A DNA stretch of 64,000 bases, taken from an uncultured Eubacteriales bacterium. Lineage in GTDB: Bacteria > Bacillota > Clostridia > Lachnospirales > Cellulosilyticaceae. The position numbers and the translations under genes are program-made. Positions within the stretch are counted from its first letter, which is position 1. Every line of letters begins with the position of its first letter. The stretch is from positions 81,744 to 145,743 of the forward strand of contig URVM01000006.1 of assembly GCA_900551325.1 (NCBI GenBank). The letters run 5' to 3'. Shown piece by piece: positions 1 to 8,270 of this stretch. Below the pieces are notes generated by a model, which was not told the DNA's origin, ran no database searches, and was given only the letters and a program-made list of their open reading frames with translations.

Positions 1-18
1 TTGAAAAAAATACAGAAT

Positions 19-157
19 ATGTACTGTACTAACTCCCATTAGCCCAGACAAGCTAAAGTAATCTCTACAGCGTATCTACTCATAACACCCCACACCCAAA
101 CTCCCCATGCACCCTTCATACCTCCAGGATAAACTGGGTCTATGTTGACCATACTCC
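19..157 (+). repeat. Y-element copy 1 (C-rich boundary repeat directly abutting REP-like copy 1)
   Basis: By-eye alignment with 11354..11463: shared GTACTAACTCCCATT ... CCCTTCATACC.C.AGGATAAACTGGGTCTATGTTG.CCATACTCC. Weaker match to 6648..6727. Confidence 0.6.
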
Positions 158-223
158 TAGCAAGGCTATAGGCTGATGCCTCTAGCCTAAGGTGCCAGTC
201 ACCTGACAATTTAGATACAATTT
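158..223 (+). repeat. REP-like cassette-boundary repeat copy 1 (full: module 1 hairpin + module 2)
   Basis: TAGCAA-GGCTATAGGC-TGAT-GCCTCTAGCC-TAAG-GTGCCAGTCAC-CTGACAATTTAGATACAATTT. 10-bp stem with one mismatch, then a GTGCC.GxCAC palindrome. Confidence 0.85.
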
Positions 224-301
224 GATTAGGGTATAAACAAGAAGAGGAATAAAGTAAGGTGTTCCTTTTTTCTTAAATAGAGTAATAAGGAGTATTAAGA
301 T

Positions 302-1213
302 ATGAAAGAACCAATATTAGTAATTATGGCAGCAGGAATGGGGAGTCGTTATGGTGGGCTTAAGCAAATAGATCCGATTACGGCAGAGGGAGAAATTATT
401 ATTGATTTTTCTATCTATGATGCCATCAAAGCAGGCTTTAAAAAGGTAGTCCTTATTATTAAAGGCGAGCATGAACAGGACTTTAGAGATGTAATAGGAA
501 ATAGATTATCAGATTACATAGAAGTAGAGTATGTACATCAAGAGTTACATATATTACCTGAAGGATATGCTGTGCCAGAAGGACGTACAAAACCTTGGGG
601 CACCACCCATGCTATTTGGTGTTGTAAAGATGTAGTAGATGCACCGTTTGTTGTACTGAATGCGGATGATTATTATGGTCCAGAGGCGTTTAAACATATG
701 TACAGACATCTTTGTGAGATACAGGAAAGTGGTCAATCTGAATATGCCATGGTGGGTTACATACTAAACAATACACTTACAGATCATGGTCATGTGACAC
801 GTGGAGTGTGTCAAATACAGAATGGTTACCTCACAGAGGTTGTAGAGCGTAAACAAATTGAGCGCCAAGATGGTGTAGTAAGATACTTTGATAAAGATAA
901 GTGGGTAGATGTATCACCAGATCGTCTTGTATCTATGAACATGTGGGCGTTGACACCAGATGTTTTTGCACAGTTAGAAGAGGATCTTGTGGATTTCTTA
1001 GAGCATGAAGTACCACTTGATGTGGAAAAGTCTGAATGTCTCATTCCAACAACTATTGGTGAGTTGATTGAAAAAGGTGAAGCAAGAGTTAAGATGTATG
1101 CTTCACATGATACATGGCAAGGGGTTACTTATAAGGAAGATAAGCCTGGTGTAATGGCAGCTCTTAAAGGTTTGAAAGAGGATGGGTTATATCCAGAGAG
1201 ATTGTGGGGGTAA
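302..1213 (+). CDS. sugar-phosphate nucleotidyltransferase-like protein (GT-A / NTP_transferase fold), paralogue 1 of 3
   Basis: Motifs MAAGMGSRYGGLKQ, KPWGTTHA and LNADDYYG. AAGGAG RBS upstream. Near-identical paralogues at 4594 and 10011. Confidence 0.85.
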   Translation: MKEPILVIMAAGMGSRYGGLKQIDPITAEGEIIIDFSIYDAIKAGFKKVVLIIKGEHEQDFRDVIGNRLSDYIEVEYVHQELHILPEGYAVPEGRTKPWGTTHAIWCCKDVVDAPFVVLNADDYYGPEAFKHMYRHLCEIQESGQSEYAMVGYILNNTLTDHGHVTRGVCQIQNGYLTEVVERKQIERQDGVVRYFDKDKWVDVSPDRLVSMNMWALTPDVFAQLEEDLVDFLEHEVPLDVEKSECLIPTTIGELIEKGEARVKMYASHDTWQGVTYKEDKPGVMAALKGLKEDGLYPERLWG

Positions 1214-1225
1214 GGAGGAGAATGG

Positions 1226-1516
1226 ATGCTTAGTAAGTTCTTTAATAATGAGCATGAAGAAGTAGATAGATCTATAGAACGTAAACTAAGAGATTTAAGT
1301 TTGCAGAATGATGTGGAGAGATTAAAAGCTATGCCATGTATTATTATTCATGAGGAAGAACATGATGCATATGAAATACGAGAAATTTCTTTATCAGATG
1401 TGGTTGGTTTTAATAGACCTACAATGAGAACTGAAAAAAATTGGTTTGAGTGCTTAGATTCTCTTACGAAAATGTATATATTTGATCGCTTTAAAGGCAT
1501 AGAAAATTTCCAATAG
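1226..1516 (+). CDS. hypothetical 96-aa cassette protein, operonic with nucleotidyltransferase copy 1
   Basis: GGAGGAG RBS 12 nt after the upstream stop. Its TAG stop is the first triplet of repeat copy 2. No family recognised. Confidence 0.55.
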   Translation: MLSKFFNNEHEEVDRSIERKLRDLSLQNDVERLKAMPCIIIHEEEHDAYEIREISLSDVVGFNRPTMRTEKNWFECLDSLTKMYIFDRFKGIENFQ

Positions 1517-1574
1517 CAAGTGGAGGCTGCACCTCCACTAAAGTGCCAGGCACCTGACAATTTAGACACAATTT
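1514..1574 (+). repeat. REP-like repeat copy 2 (type-b module 1: GTGGAGG-CTGCA-CCTCCAC)
   Basis: TAGCAAGTGGAGGCTGCACCTCCACTAAAGTGCCAGGCACCTGACAATTTAGACACAATTT. The stem sequence differs from copy 1, but pairing is preserved. Confidence 0.85.
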
Positions 1575-1618
1575 AAAGTCCTTATAGGTCAGTAGTATAG
1601 TTGACTTATGAGGACTTT
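1575..1618 (+). terminator. 17-bp-stem hairpin after repeat copy 2 (possible terminator)
   Basis: AAAGTCCTTATAGGTCA / TGACTTATGAGGACTTT arms with 2 mismatches. Only a weak T tract follows. Confidence 0.35.
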
Positions 1619-1856
1619 GTATTTAAGCATTTAAATAGTATATATTTCGTTATAATATTAAAATTTATAATATTTAGGTGGTTTATAAAAATATAAATAA
1701 TAATGATTTAATAGTAGGTATACAGACTAATTTACAAAATAAGTTTTAGATGATTTTACAGAAGAAGTACAAAATAAGGTGAAAATTAGTGTAGATAAGC
1801 GTAAAAAGAAGGATAAGGGCTTTGAAGAGATTCAATGTATTATTTATTTATAAAAT

Positions 1857-1884
1857 ATGTTAAAATATTATAATATTTTAACAT
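1857..1884. promoter_or_regulatory. 28-bp perfect palindrome (candidate operator) upstream of the 1900 ORF
   Basis: ATGTTAAAATATTA|TAATATTTTAACAT ends 5 nt before the GGGGGAG RBS. Confidence 0.5.
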
Positions 1885-1899
1885 TATAGGGGGAGAATT

Positions 1900-2550
1900 A
1901 TGGTGGAGGTATTAGAGTTTTTAGAAAGTATAGGTGGTGCATGGGAACAGGTGGGAGAAATACTAGAGATATTAATGGGAATTTATCTTTTAGTAGGTGG
2001 AATCCTTGCACTTGTACAGTGTTTCTTTGGGTATAAACTGTTAAAGTTATGGATAGCTTTAATAGGGGGAGTATTTGGTGGGAGTTTGGCTTTACTTATA
2101 GGATTGGTCCAAGGGGCAGGAGACAGAGCTTTATTTTACTTTATAGTAGGTGCAATAATTGGAGGATTTCTTGCATTTAAAGTTTATCTAATAGGTGTCT
2201 TTTTCATTGGTGTATTAGGTGGTATAATGACTGCTATTATTCTAGGAATTATGATGGAACTAGGTAGCGGAATAATAGGACTAGCATTGATACTAGGGAT
2301 AGTAGGTGGTATAGCTGTTCTTATCTTACAAAAACCGGCCATTATTATTGCAACTAGTTTAGGTACAGGTATGCAACTTGTAGGTATTATAGGCATGTTG
2401 TTGGATAATACAATGCTAGGTATACTTTTAGGTGGGATTATCACATGTATAGGTATGTGGTATCAGTTTACAAGCGGGAAGGCAAAGAAACCAGTAGTAA
2501 GTGAAGTAGCAGTTGCAGCACTCCCAGTTGTGGAGGTAGCAAGGCTATAG
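1900..2550 (+). CDS. glycine-rich multi-pass membrane protein (tentatively DUF4203/TMEM198-like)
   Basis: About 6 hydrophobic GxxxG-rich segments and a strong RBS. The last 4 codons (VARL*) are encoded by repeat copy 3. Confidence 0.6.
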   Translation: MVEVLEFLESIGGAWEQVGEILEILMGIYLLVGGILALVQCFFGYKLLKLWIALIGGVFGGSLALLIGLVQGAGDRALFYFIVGAIIGGFLAFKVYLIGVFFIGVLGGIMTAIILGIMMELGSGIIGLALILGIVGGIAVLILQKPAIIIATSLGTGMQLVGIIGMLLDNTMLGILLGGIITCIGMWYQFTSGKAKKPVVSEVAVAALPVVEVARL

Positions 2551-2601
2551 GCTGACACCTCTAGCCTAAGGTGCCAGGTACCTGACAACTTAGATATAAT
2601 T
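2537..2601 (+). repeat. REP-like repeat copy 3 (full)
   Basis: TAGCAAGGCTATAGGCTGACACCTCTAGCCTAAGGTGCCAGGTACCTGACAACTTAGATATAATT. Confidence 0.85.
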
Positions 2602-2654
2602 ATATAATAAAATTAATATAGTAGTAGTTTGTAACACAAAATAAGGAGAAGGGT

Positions 2655-4454
2655 ATGCCAAATATTTTTGAGGGATTAGAACAATTAGAAGATCAAGTGA
2701 TTAGAGAGTACATTGCCATGCTTGAGGTAGTTAATATGGGGAATGTATTTAAGGGGTATGGTACAACTGTTGCCAACAAGAGTGTTAAGTTGATTAATGG
2801 GATTGGGGATATCTTTGGAAAGAACTTTTGCTTGACTCCAAGAAAGGAAATGCGCCTTGAAGATTACATAGAAGAAAATAAGCATGCAATGGTGAGTTTA
2901 GATAGAAAGCAACTAGATGAGAGGCTGATACAGATACTGAGTGAAAAGAGTCAGAGTACATCTAAGACTAAGGATATGATTTCTGCAGAAGTCATTCAGG
3001 TAGTAGCTAATGACATGAAACTTGAAGAGAATATGACAATAGCGCAAAAGGCGGATAGCATTCATCGTCGTTATTTAGAAAAGATGCTCAGTGCCATGCA
3101 AGAACAGCTTAAAAAGCAAGATCTTTATGAAGCTAATGCAACCATCGTTGAAATAGAAAAAAATATCAACCAACTTAGTGACGCAGATAAAGAAGAGTTA
3201 AAAAAGGTATTGAATATTAATGAGCTTACAGGGAAAGAGATACGTAATGTATTGATGAAGACAGGAACACCTGCATTGATTATAGGTGCATTATCTGCTT
3301 CTGGATTTGGTGCTTTTATGGCACTTACAACAGTTATGCATGCCATATTCACTACTATATTAGGTATTACACTACCATTTGCAGTTTATACGAGTGCCAC
3401 CAGTACACTGTCCTTGTTACTTGGGCCAGCAGGGATTGCTCTTGTTGCAGGTACGGCTATTTGGCAGATTACACGAGGTAATAAAAAGCTAAGAAATGAG
3501 ATTATGGGACAAGTCATCTTTGGAGCGGTCAATGCATGTGGGGGAAGTTTTGTAGTAAAAGACAAAGAGCTCCCAAGTTATGAAGATAATGCGGAGATAT
3601 TAGAACTTATAGCAAAGAGGGATGAAGAATATAACAAATTAGTAGAGGAAAACACCTTGCTCCAAGATAAGGTGAGTTGTTTAGAACAAAAATATAAGAG
3701 GTCTCAAGAAAATATAAATACTTATAAGCAAAGAATAGTAAATGAAGTAGCTAGAAGAAATCGTTCGGAACATGAAATATCTAAGCTAAAAGATGAACAG
3801 GCGGTTATTAGTGCTCATTTTGAAAAGGCAGCTAAGGAATTGACCAGATTAGAAGCAGAGGTCAGCGCTAAAAAAGAGACTGATGAGGCAACTAAGTTAG
3901 AACTTGAAAAGGCAAAACTCTTAAATGCTTCTTATGTAAGAGATTTGAAGAAACTAGCGGATGATATTTGCTATCAAAATATGATCATTAAAGAAGCATC
4001 TAATGAAATTGAGGCAAAAACCAAGCTGATTGAAGACACAGAACTTAAGAAGTTAGAGCTTGAACAAGAGAATTTGCGGTATAAAGAAGAGATTACTTTA
4101 AAAGATCAAAAAATTGAAAAGACGCAAAAGATAAGAAGGAAAGAAATCACAGAAAAGTGGCATTTACACTACCCCAAATTTGAAATTACATCTGCAGCTA
4201 TAAGAGATGCAGTAGGTTTTTCTAAGAAGGAAGTGTGGGAAATCGAAAGGACTCTTATGGAATTACATTCTTTGAAAGACTTTAAGTCAGCAAGTATAGG
4301 GAAAATCAGAGAAAATGGTGTTGACTATGAACATATGCCATTCACCTTACCATCTGGTTTACCGGCAAGAGTACTTTATCGTATAACCAATGATTCGAAT
4401 AAGAAGGTAGTAATTGAAATGATCTATAAGCATAGTTCAAAATTCTATCAATAG
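2655..4454 (+). CDS. membrane-anchored coiled-coil protein with RelE/ParE-like C-terminal domain
   Basis: Hydrophobic helices at about aa 205-300 and a long heptad-rich, K/E-rich region at aa 310-500. The C-terminal ...LPARVLYRITNDSNKKVVIEMIYKHSSKFY resembles the RelE/ParE terminal strand pattern. Confidence 0.6.
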   Translation: MPNIFEGLEQLEDQVIREYIAMLEVVNMGNVFKGYGTTVANKSVKLINGIGDIFGKNFCLTPRKEMRLEDYIEENKHAMVSLDRKQLDERLIQILSEKSQSTSKTKDMISAEVIQVVANDMKLEENMTIAQKADSIHRRYLEKMLSAMQEQLKKQDLYEANATIVEIEKNINQLSDADKEELKKVLNINELTGKEIRNVLMKTGTPALIIGALSASGFGAFMALTTVMHAIFTTILGITLPFAVYTSATSTLSLLLGPAGIALVAGTAIWQITRGNKKLRNEIMGQVIFGAVNACGGSFVVKDKELPSYEDNAEILELIAKRDEEYNKLVEENTLLQDKVSCLEQKYKRSQENINTYKQRIVNEVARRNRSEHEISKLKDEQAVISAHFEKAAKELTRLEAEVSAKKETDEATKLELEKAKLLNASYVRDLKKLADDICYQNMIIKEASNEIEAKTKLIEDTELKKLELEQENLRYKEEITLKDQKIEKTQKIRRKEITEKWHLHYPKFEITSAAIRDAVGFSKKEVWEIERTLMELHSLKDFKSASIGKIRENGVDYEHMPFTLPSGLPARVLYRITNDSNKKVVIEMIYKHSSKFYQ

Positions 4455-4513
4455 AAGAAGGGCAGCTAACCTCCACTAAGGTGCCAGGCACTTGACAGCT
4501 TTAGACACAATCT
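4452..4513 (+). repeat. REP-like repeat copy 4 (degenerate module 1, intact module 2)
   Basis: TAGAAGAAGGGCAGCTAACCTCCACTAAGGTGCCAGGCACTTGACAGCTTTAGACACAATCT. Its TAG is the stop codon of the 2655 ORF. Confidence 0.8.
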
Positions 4514-4593
4514 GACTGTGGTATAGATAGATGAGAAGGGGAATGGTGCAAGGCATTCCTCTTTTTAAATAGTGTGATAGGAGAGTTTAGAAG

Positions 4594-5508
4594 ATGAAAG
4601 AACCAATATTAGTGATTATGGCAGCAGGTATGGGAAGTCGTTATGGTGGATTGAAACAGATAGACCCAATCACGGCAGAGGGAGAGATTATTATTGATTT
4701 CTCTATCTATGATGCCATTAAAGCAGGGTTTAAGAAAGTAGTATTAATCATCAAGGGTGAGCATGAGCAGGACTTTAGAGATGTGATTGGGAATAGATTA
4801 TCAGATTATATAGAAGTAGAATATGTGCATCAAGAGTTATATATGTTACCTGAGGGGTATGCTGTACCAGAAGGACGTACGAAACCTTGGGGTACGACTC
4901 ATGCCATTTGGTGTTGTAAAGATGTGGTGGATGCACCTTTTGTTGTACTCAATGCGGATGACTATTATGGACCAGAGGCATTTGAACATATGTACAAGCA
5001 TCTTTGTAAGATTCAAGAAAGTGGTAATTTGGAGTATGCTATGGTAGGTTACATATTAAATAATACATTGACAGACAACGGCCATGTAACACGTGGTGTG
5101 TGTCAAATAGAGAATGGTTACTTAGCAGAGATTGTAGAGCGTAAACAAATTGAGCGCCAAGATGGTGTGGTAAGATATTTTGATAAAGATAAGTGGGTAG
5201 ATGTATCACCAGATCGTCTTGTATCTATGAATATGTGGGCACTTACACCAGATGTTTTTGCACAGTTAGAAGAGGATCTTGTGGATTTCTTAGAGAGAGA
5301 AGTACCACTTGATGTGGAAAAGTCTGAATGTCTCATACCAACAACTATTGGTGAACTCATTGAAAAGGGTGAGGCAAAAGTAAAGGTGTATGCTTCACAT
5401 GATACATGGCAAGGGGTTACTTATAAGGAAGATAAGCCAGGTGTGAGGGCAGCACTTAAAGGTTTGAAAGAGGATGGATTATATCCTGAGAGGTTATGGG
5501 GAAATTAA
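4594..5508 (+). CDS. sugar-phosphate nucleotidyltransferase-like protein, paralogue 2 of 3
   Basis: Same motifs as 302..1213, with a few percent amino-acid differences and many synonymous differences. Confidence 0.85.
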   Translation: MKEPILVIMAAGMGSRYGGLKQIDPITAEGEIIIDFSIYDAIKAGFKKVVLIIKGEHEQDFRDVIGNRLSDYIEVEYVHQELYMLPEGYAVPEGRTKPWGTTHAIWCCKDVVDAPFVVLNADDYYGPEAFEHMYKHLCKIQESGNLEYAMVGYILNNTLTDNGHVTRGVCQIENGYLAEIVERKQIERQDGVVRYFDKDKWVDVSPDRLVSMNMWALTPDVFAQLEEDLVDFLEREVPLDVEKSECLIPTTIGELIEKGEAKVKVYASHDTWQGVTYKEDKPGVRAALKGLKEDGLYPERLWGN

Positions 5509-5539
5509 ATAGTTATCTTTTAAATTTGGGGGAGGTAGT

Positions 5540-6646
5540 ATGAAAATATTATTATTAGATAATGCCATTGATTCACTTGAATGGGCAGTGCGTCATTTAG
5601 AATCATTTTTAGAAAAGGATCCAGAATATATTAATCCTGATGAGAGTACTACCTATCTTAAACAAGCCATACTATGTTTAAATAGTGCATTAGAGTTGTT
5701 TTTTAAGGCAAAAATTAGTGAGATAAATCCTATTTTAATATATGATAATCTATCAACTAAGGATATGCATAAAAGTGTTTTGGAGTATTACATTAAAAAA
5801 CAGAGTGGAGAGATAGATTGTCCACTTTATGACTATGTAATCGAAAATGCAGATCTTCATACTATTGAATACAGTAAATGTATAGAACTATTTTGTGCAT
5901 TGTATTCAGTTGGTGAGGGATATAAGAATAACTTCATAGAGATTAATCAAATCAGAAATGACTTAACGCATTTAGGAATTAAGAGCAAATCAGAATACTA
6001 CAAGTTGGCAGGGCAACTAGCAGAAATTTTGTTTTTCTTACAGTATAAGTTGTTACCTTCAGTGACATATGATGAAGCAAAAATCGAACAAATATATGAT
6101 GGTATGTTTTCGATTCAATACCCATTGGCATTGGTAGAAGATAGGATATGGGCAACGATTAATATGGATAAGATAGAATGGATTTGTGAGGGGTTAAAGA
6201 AGGTTTTTGATACTTCAGAGGTGCAAGACTATGCTGTTCAAAAGAAAGTATCTGTTGAATTTGATTTAACTTTAGATGCAGAGTTTATGTATTCAGTGAT
6301 TGGTATGGAATATAAAGAAATAAGAATAAATATTGCAGCAATCTACTCCTCGGGTTCTAAGGAAGCACTGATAATTTGTGATCATGAAAGTAAAGATGGG
6401 CCTATATACGGGGTTATCGAGTTAAATACTATGGATTTAAGTGATTTATCCAAAACTAAATTTTATTTATCACAAGATAAAGATGGAACAATTATTAAAG
6501 ATTATGATAAAGAAGGTTTGTTTTGGCGAAATGATGGTAAGTATAAGAAGAGTTTTGCATATGTACCATTTAGCAAGGCTAAGCAAGTTGAATTAATTAA
6601 AAAAATAATAGATAGTATAGAAAATATTGAGATTACTAATTTATAG
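5540..6646 (+). CDS. HEPN-domain protein (Rx4H motif RNDLTH) with uncharacterised C-terminal half
   Basis: Helical N-terminal ~170 aa with R139-N-D-L-T-H144 (nt 5954..5971), the HEPN RNase signature. It lies directly downstream of nucleotidyltransferase copy 2. Confidence 0.6.
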   Translation: MKILLLDNAIDSLEWAVRHLESFLEKDPEYINPDESTTYLKQAILCLNSALELFFKAKISEINPILIYDNLSTKDMHKSVLEYYIKKQSGEIDCPLYDYVIENADLHTIEYSKCIELFCALYSVGEGYKNNFIEINQIRNDLTHLGIKSKSEYYKLAGQLAEILFFLQYKLLPSVTYDEAKIEQIYDGMFSIQYPLALVEDRIWATINMDKIEWICEGLKKVFDTSEVQDYAVQKKVSVEFDLTLDAEFMYSVIGMEYKEIRINIAAIYSSGSKEALIICDHESKDGPIYGVIELNTMDLSDLSKTKFYLSQDKDGTIIKDYDKEGLFWRNDGKYKKSFAYVPFSKAKQVELIKKIIDSIENIEITNL

Positions 6647-6647
6647 T

Positions 6648-6727
6648 TGAGTAGATAATCTAACCCACCCTCCTCAAAACACCTTGTACCCTTTATAGCT
6701 GGGGGATAACCTGGGTCTAAGAATGCA
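6648..6727 (+). repeat. Y-element copy 3 (short, divergent)
   Basis: ...ACCCTTTATAGCTGGGGGATAACCTGGGTCTAAG compared with ...ACCCTTCATACCTCCAGGATAAACTGGGTCTATG in copies 1 and 2. Confidence 0.45.
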
Positions 6728-6768
6728 TAAAATTACCCATTATAGGAATACTTTAGTAAAATAATTGA

Positions 6769-7104
6769 ATGGGTGATGGTATGAGAATATTTATTAGATT
6801 CATTACAGAGTGTATAAAAGAACTTCTATATATAGTAGGAGCATGGATAAAGGCAAACATATTAGCATTTACTGGAGTAACAGCATTTTTTGTTCTACTT
6901 GTTATTGCAATTAAGCCGATGAGCACAGTAGAAGATGTTATTGCTTGGTCGGTCTTATACATGATTTTTATCTTTGCTACGTTTGATAAGAAGCCCAATC
7001 TTCAACATACTATGGTGCAGGAGAAGGAAGAGGAGTACAAGAGGATTAACATAAAACAAAGTAATGTAAGTTTAATAAGTGTATTTAAGAATACTAAGAA
7101 ATAA
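6769..7104 (+). CDS. small membrane protein (hypothetical)
   Basis: Two to three hydrophobic helices followed by a charged tail. The start is uncertain (6769 or 6781). Confidence 0.45.
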   Translation: MGDGMRIFIRFITECIKELLYIVGAWIKANILAFTGVTAFFVLLVIAIKPMSTVEDVIAWSVLYMIFIFATFDKKPNLQHTMVQEKEEEYKRINIKQSNVSLISVFKNTKK

Positions 7105-7125
7105 GAATAGGGTCATGCCAATAGA

Positions 7126-7191
7126 TAGAAGCAAAGCTATAGGCTGCACCTCCACTAAGGTGCCAGACACCGGACAATTTAGGTACAATTT
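7126..7191 (+). repeat. REP-like repeat copy 5 (chimeric module 1: type-a left arm, type-b right arm)
   Basis: TAGAAGCAAAGCTATAGGCTGCACCTCCACTAAGGTGCCAGACACCGGACAATTTAGGTACAATTT. About 50 nt of downstream flank is shared with copies 7 and 8. Confidence 0.8.
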
Positions 7192-7261
7192 AATAGAGGG
7201 TTAATTTTGAGCCACGGATAATGATAGATTATCTTTGGAAGGTTCTAATGTTTATAATACT

Positions 7262-7284
7262 AAAAACTCCCAGTAAATAGGGAG
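7262..7284 (-). terminator. intrinsic terminator of the RelE/Phd operon
   Basis: The minus strand reads CTCCCTATTTACTGGGAGTTTTT immediately after the toxin stop codon. Confidence 0.6.
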
Positions 7285-7289
7285 CTTAG

Positions 7290-7619
7290 TTATAGGTTAT
7301 TCTTATTTTTTCGAAGAGCTGCTTTTTTGTAGACTTCATCGTCAGATCTAGCAGAGATAATAACAACTTTCATAATGCCATTAATGACTTCGGCTTTATA
7401 AACAACTCGGATGCCTAAGTCTCTAAACTTGATTTTAAGTAGTCCAGTAAGATTGGAATTTGACTTACTGCCGAGAGGTTTCCCATAACCACCTTCATTG
7501 GTGGGTAATGGATTCTGACTAACCTTACGAATACCTTTTAACACTTGTACTTTCACAGAACCATCTAATTTACGAAGATCATTCAGAGCTTCTTCTAAGA
7601 ATTCAATTTGCCATGTCAT
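7290..7619 (-). CDS. type II toxin, RelE/ParE family
   Basis: ...GKPLGSKSNSNLTGLLKIKFRDLGIRVVYKAEV...VVIISARSDDEVY matches the RelE/ParE pattern. There is an ATGA start/stop overlap with the upstream antitoxin. Confidence 0.8.
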   Translation of the reverse strand: MTWQIEFLEEALNDLRKLDGSVKVQVLKGIRKVSQNPLPTNEGGYGKPLGSKSNSNLTGLLKIKFRDLGIRVVYKAEVINGIMKVVIISARSDDEVYKKAALRKNKNNL

Positions 7620-7939
7620 TCGATTATAATATCCTCCGCATCATTAAGCTCTTTTTCACTGATGCCTAGGTTGGACATGACTGTATCAAAAGAAAGAGTG
7701 GATTCGTTTGTGCTATCGGCAAGACGCTGGGTAGCTTCAAGAAGTAGTGCATAGTCTTCTTCAATTTCAGAAAGACGTGCAAACTCTTCTGGAGAGAGAA
7801 TCACAGCAGATGGAGCGTTGTTTTTTAGAACGACAAGTTGTTTTTCAGTACGTAGTCGATCGAATATACGTGAAGCTTGGCCTTTATTAAACTGTGTAAT
7901 TGGGACTAGACATTCTAACATATTAGCTGTAAATGCCAT
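7616..7939 (-). CDS. type II antitoxin, Phd/YefM family
   Basis: VPITQFNKGQASRIFDRL...VVLKNNAPSAVILSPEEF. I placed the start at the internal ATG 7937..7939, which is preceded by GGAGGAAC; the longer track ORF (to 8002) is unlikely. Confidence 0.75.
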   Translation of the reverse strand: MAFTANMLECLVPITQFNKGQASRIFDRLRTEKQLVVLKNNAPSAVILSPEEFARLSEIEEDYALLLEATQRLADSTNESTLSFDTVMSNLGISEKELNDAEDIIIE

Positions 7940-7963
7940 ATAAGTTCCTCCGTTCTTTATTGG

Positions 7964-8002
7964 TATACTAATAGTATATGCAAATAAATAGAATTTAGTC
8001 AA
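7964..8002 (-). promoter_or_regulatory. TA operon promoter with palindromic operator
   Basis: Minus strand has TTGACT (7997..8002), an 18-nt spacer and TATACT (7973..7978). The palindrome TATACTA-A-TAGTATA (7964..7978) overlaps the -10. Confidence 0.5.
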
Positions 8003-8044
8003 TATAGTAATGTAAATATATCGTTAAATTATCATTACAATCAC

Positions 8045-8080
8045 CCAAGGCGCCGGGTGCCTGACAATTTAGAGACAATT
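8045..8080 (+). repeat. REP-like repeat copy 6 (module 2 only, variant palindrome)
   Basis: CCAAGGCGCCGGGTGCCTGACAATTTAGAGACAATT, 10 nt before full copy 7 (a BIME-like tandem). Confidence 0.7.
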
Positions 8081-8090
8081 CAAAAAAATA

Positions 8091-8156
8091 TAGCAAGGCT
8101 GACGGCTGACGCCTCCAGCCTAAGGTGCCAGGCACGTGACAACTTAGACACAATTT
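8091..8156 (+). repeat. REP-like repeat copy 7 (full)
   Basis: TAGCAAGGCTGACGGCTGACGCCTCCAGCCTAAGGTGCCAGGCACGTGACAACTTAGACACAATTT. Confidence 0.85.
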
Positions 8157-8270
8157 AATAGAGAGATAATTTTGAGCCACAGGTAATGTATGATTATTTG
8201 TGGTTATTTTTATGCAAGTTGGTTTAAAAAACAGGGAAACAGTGATACTATAATAATATAAGGTAAAAAT

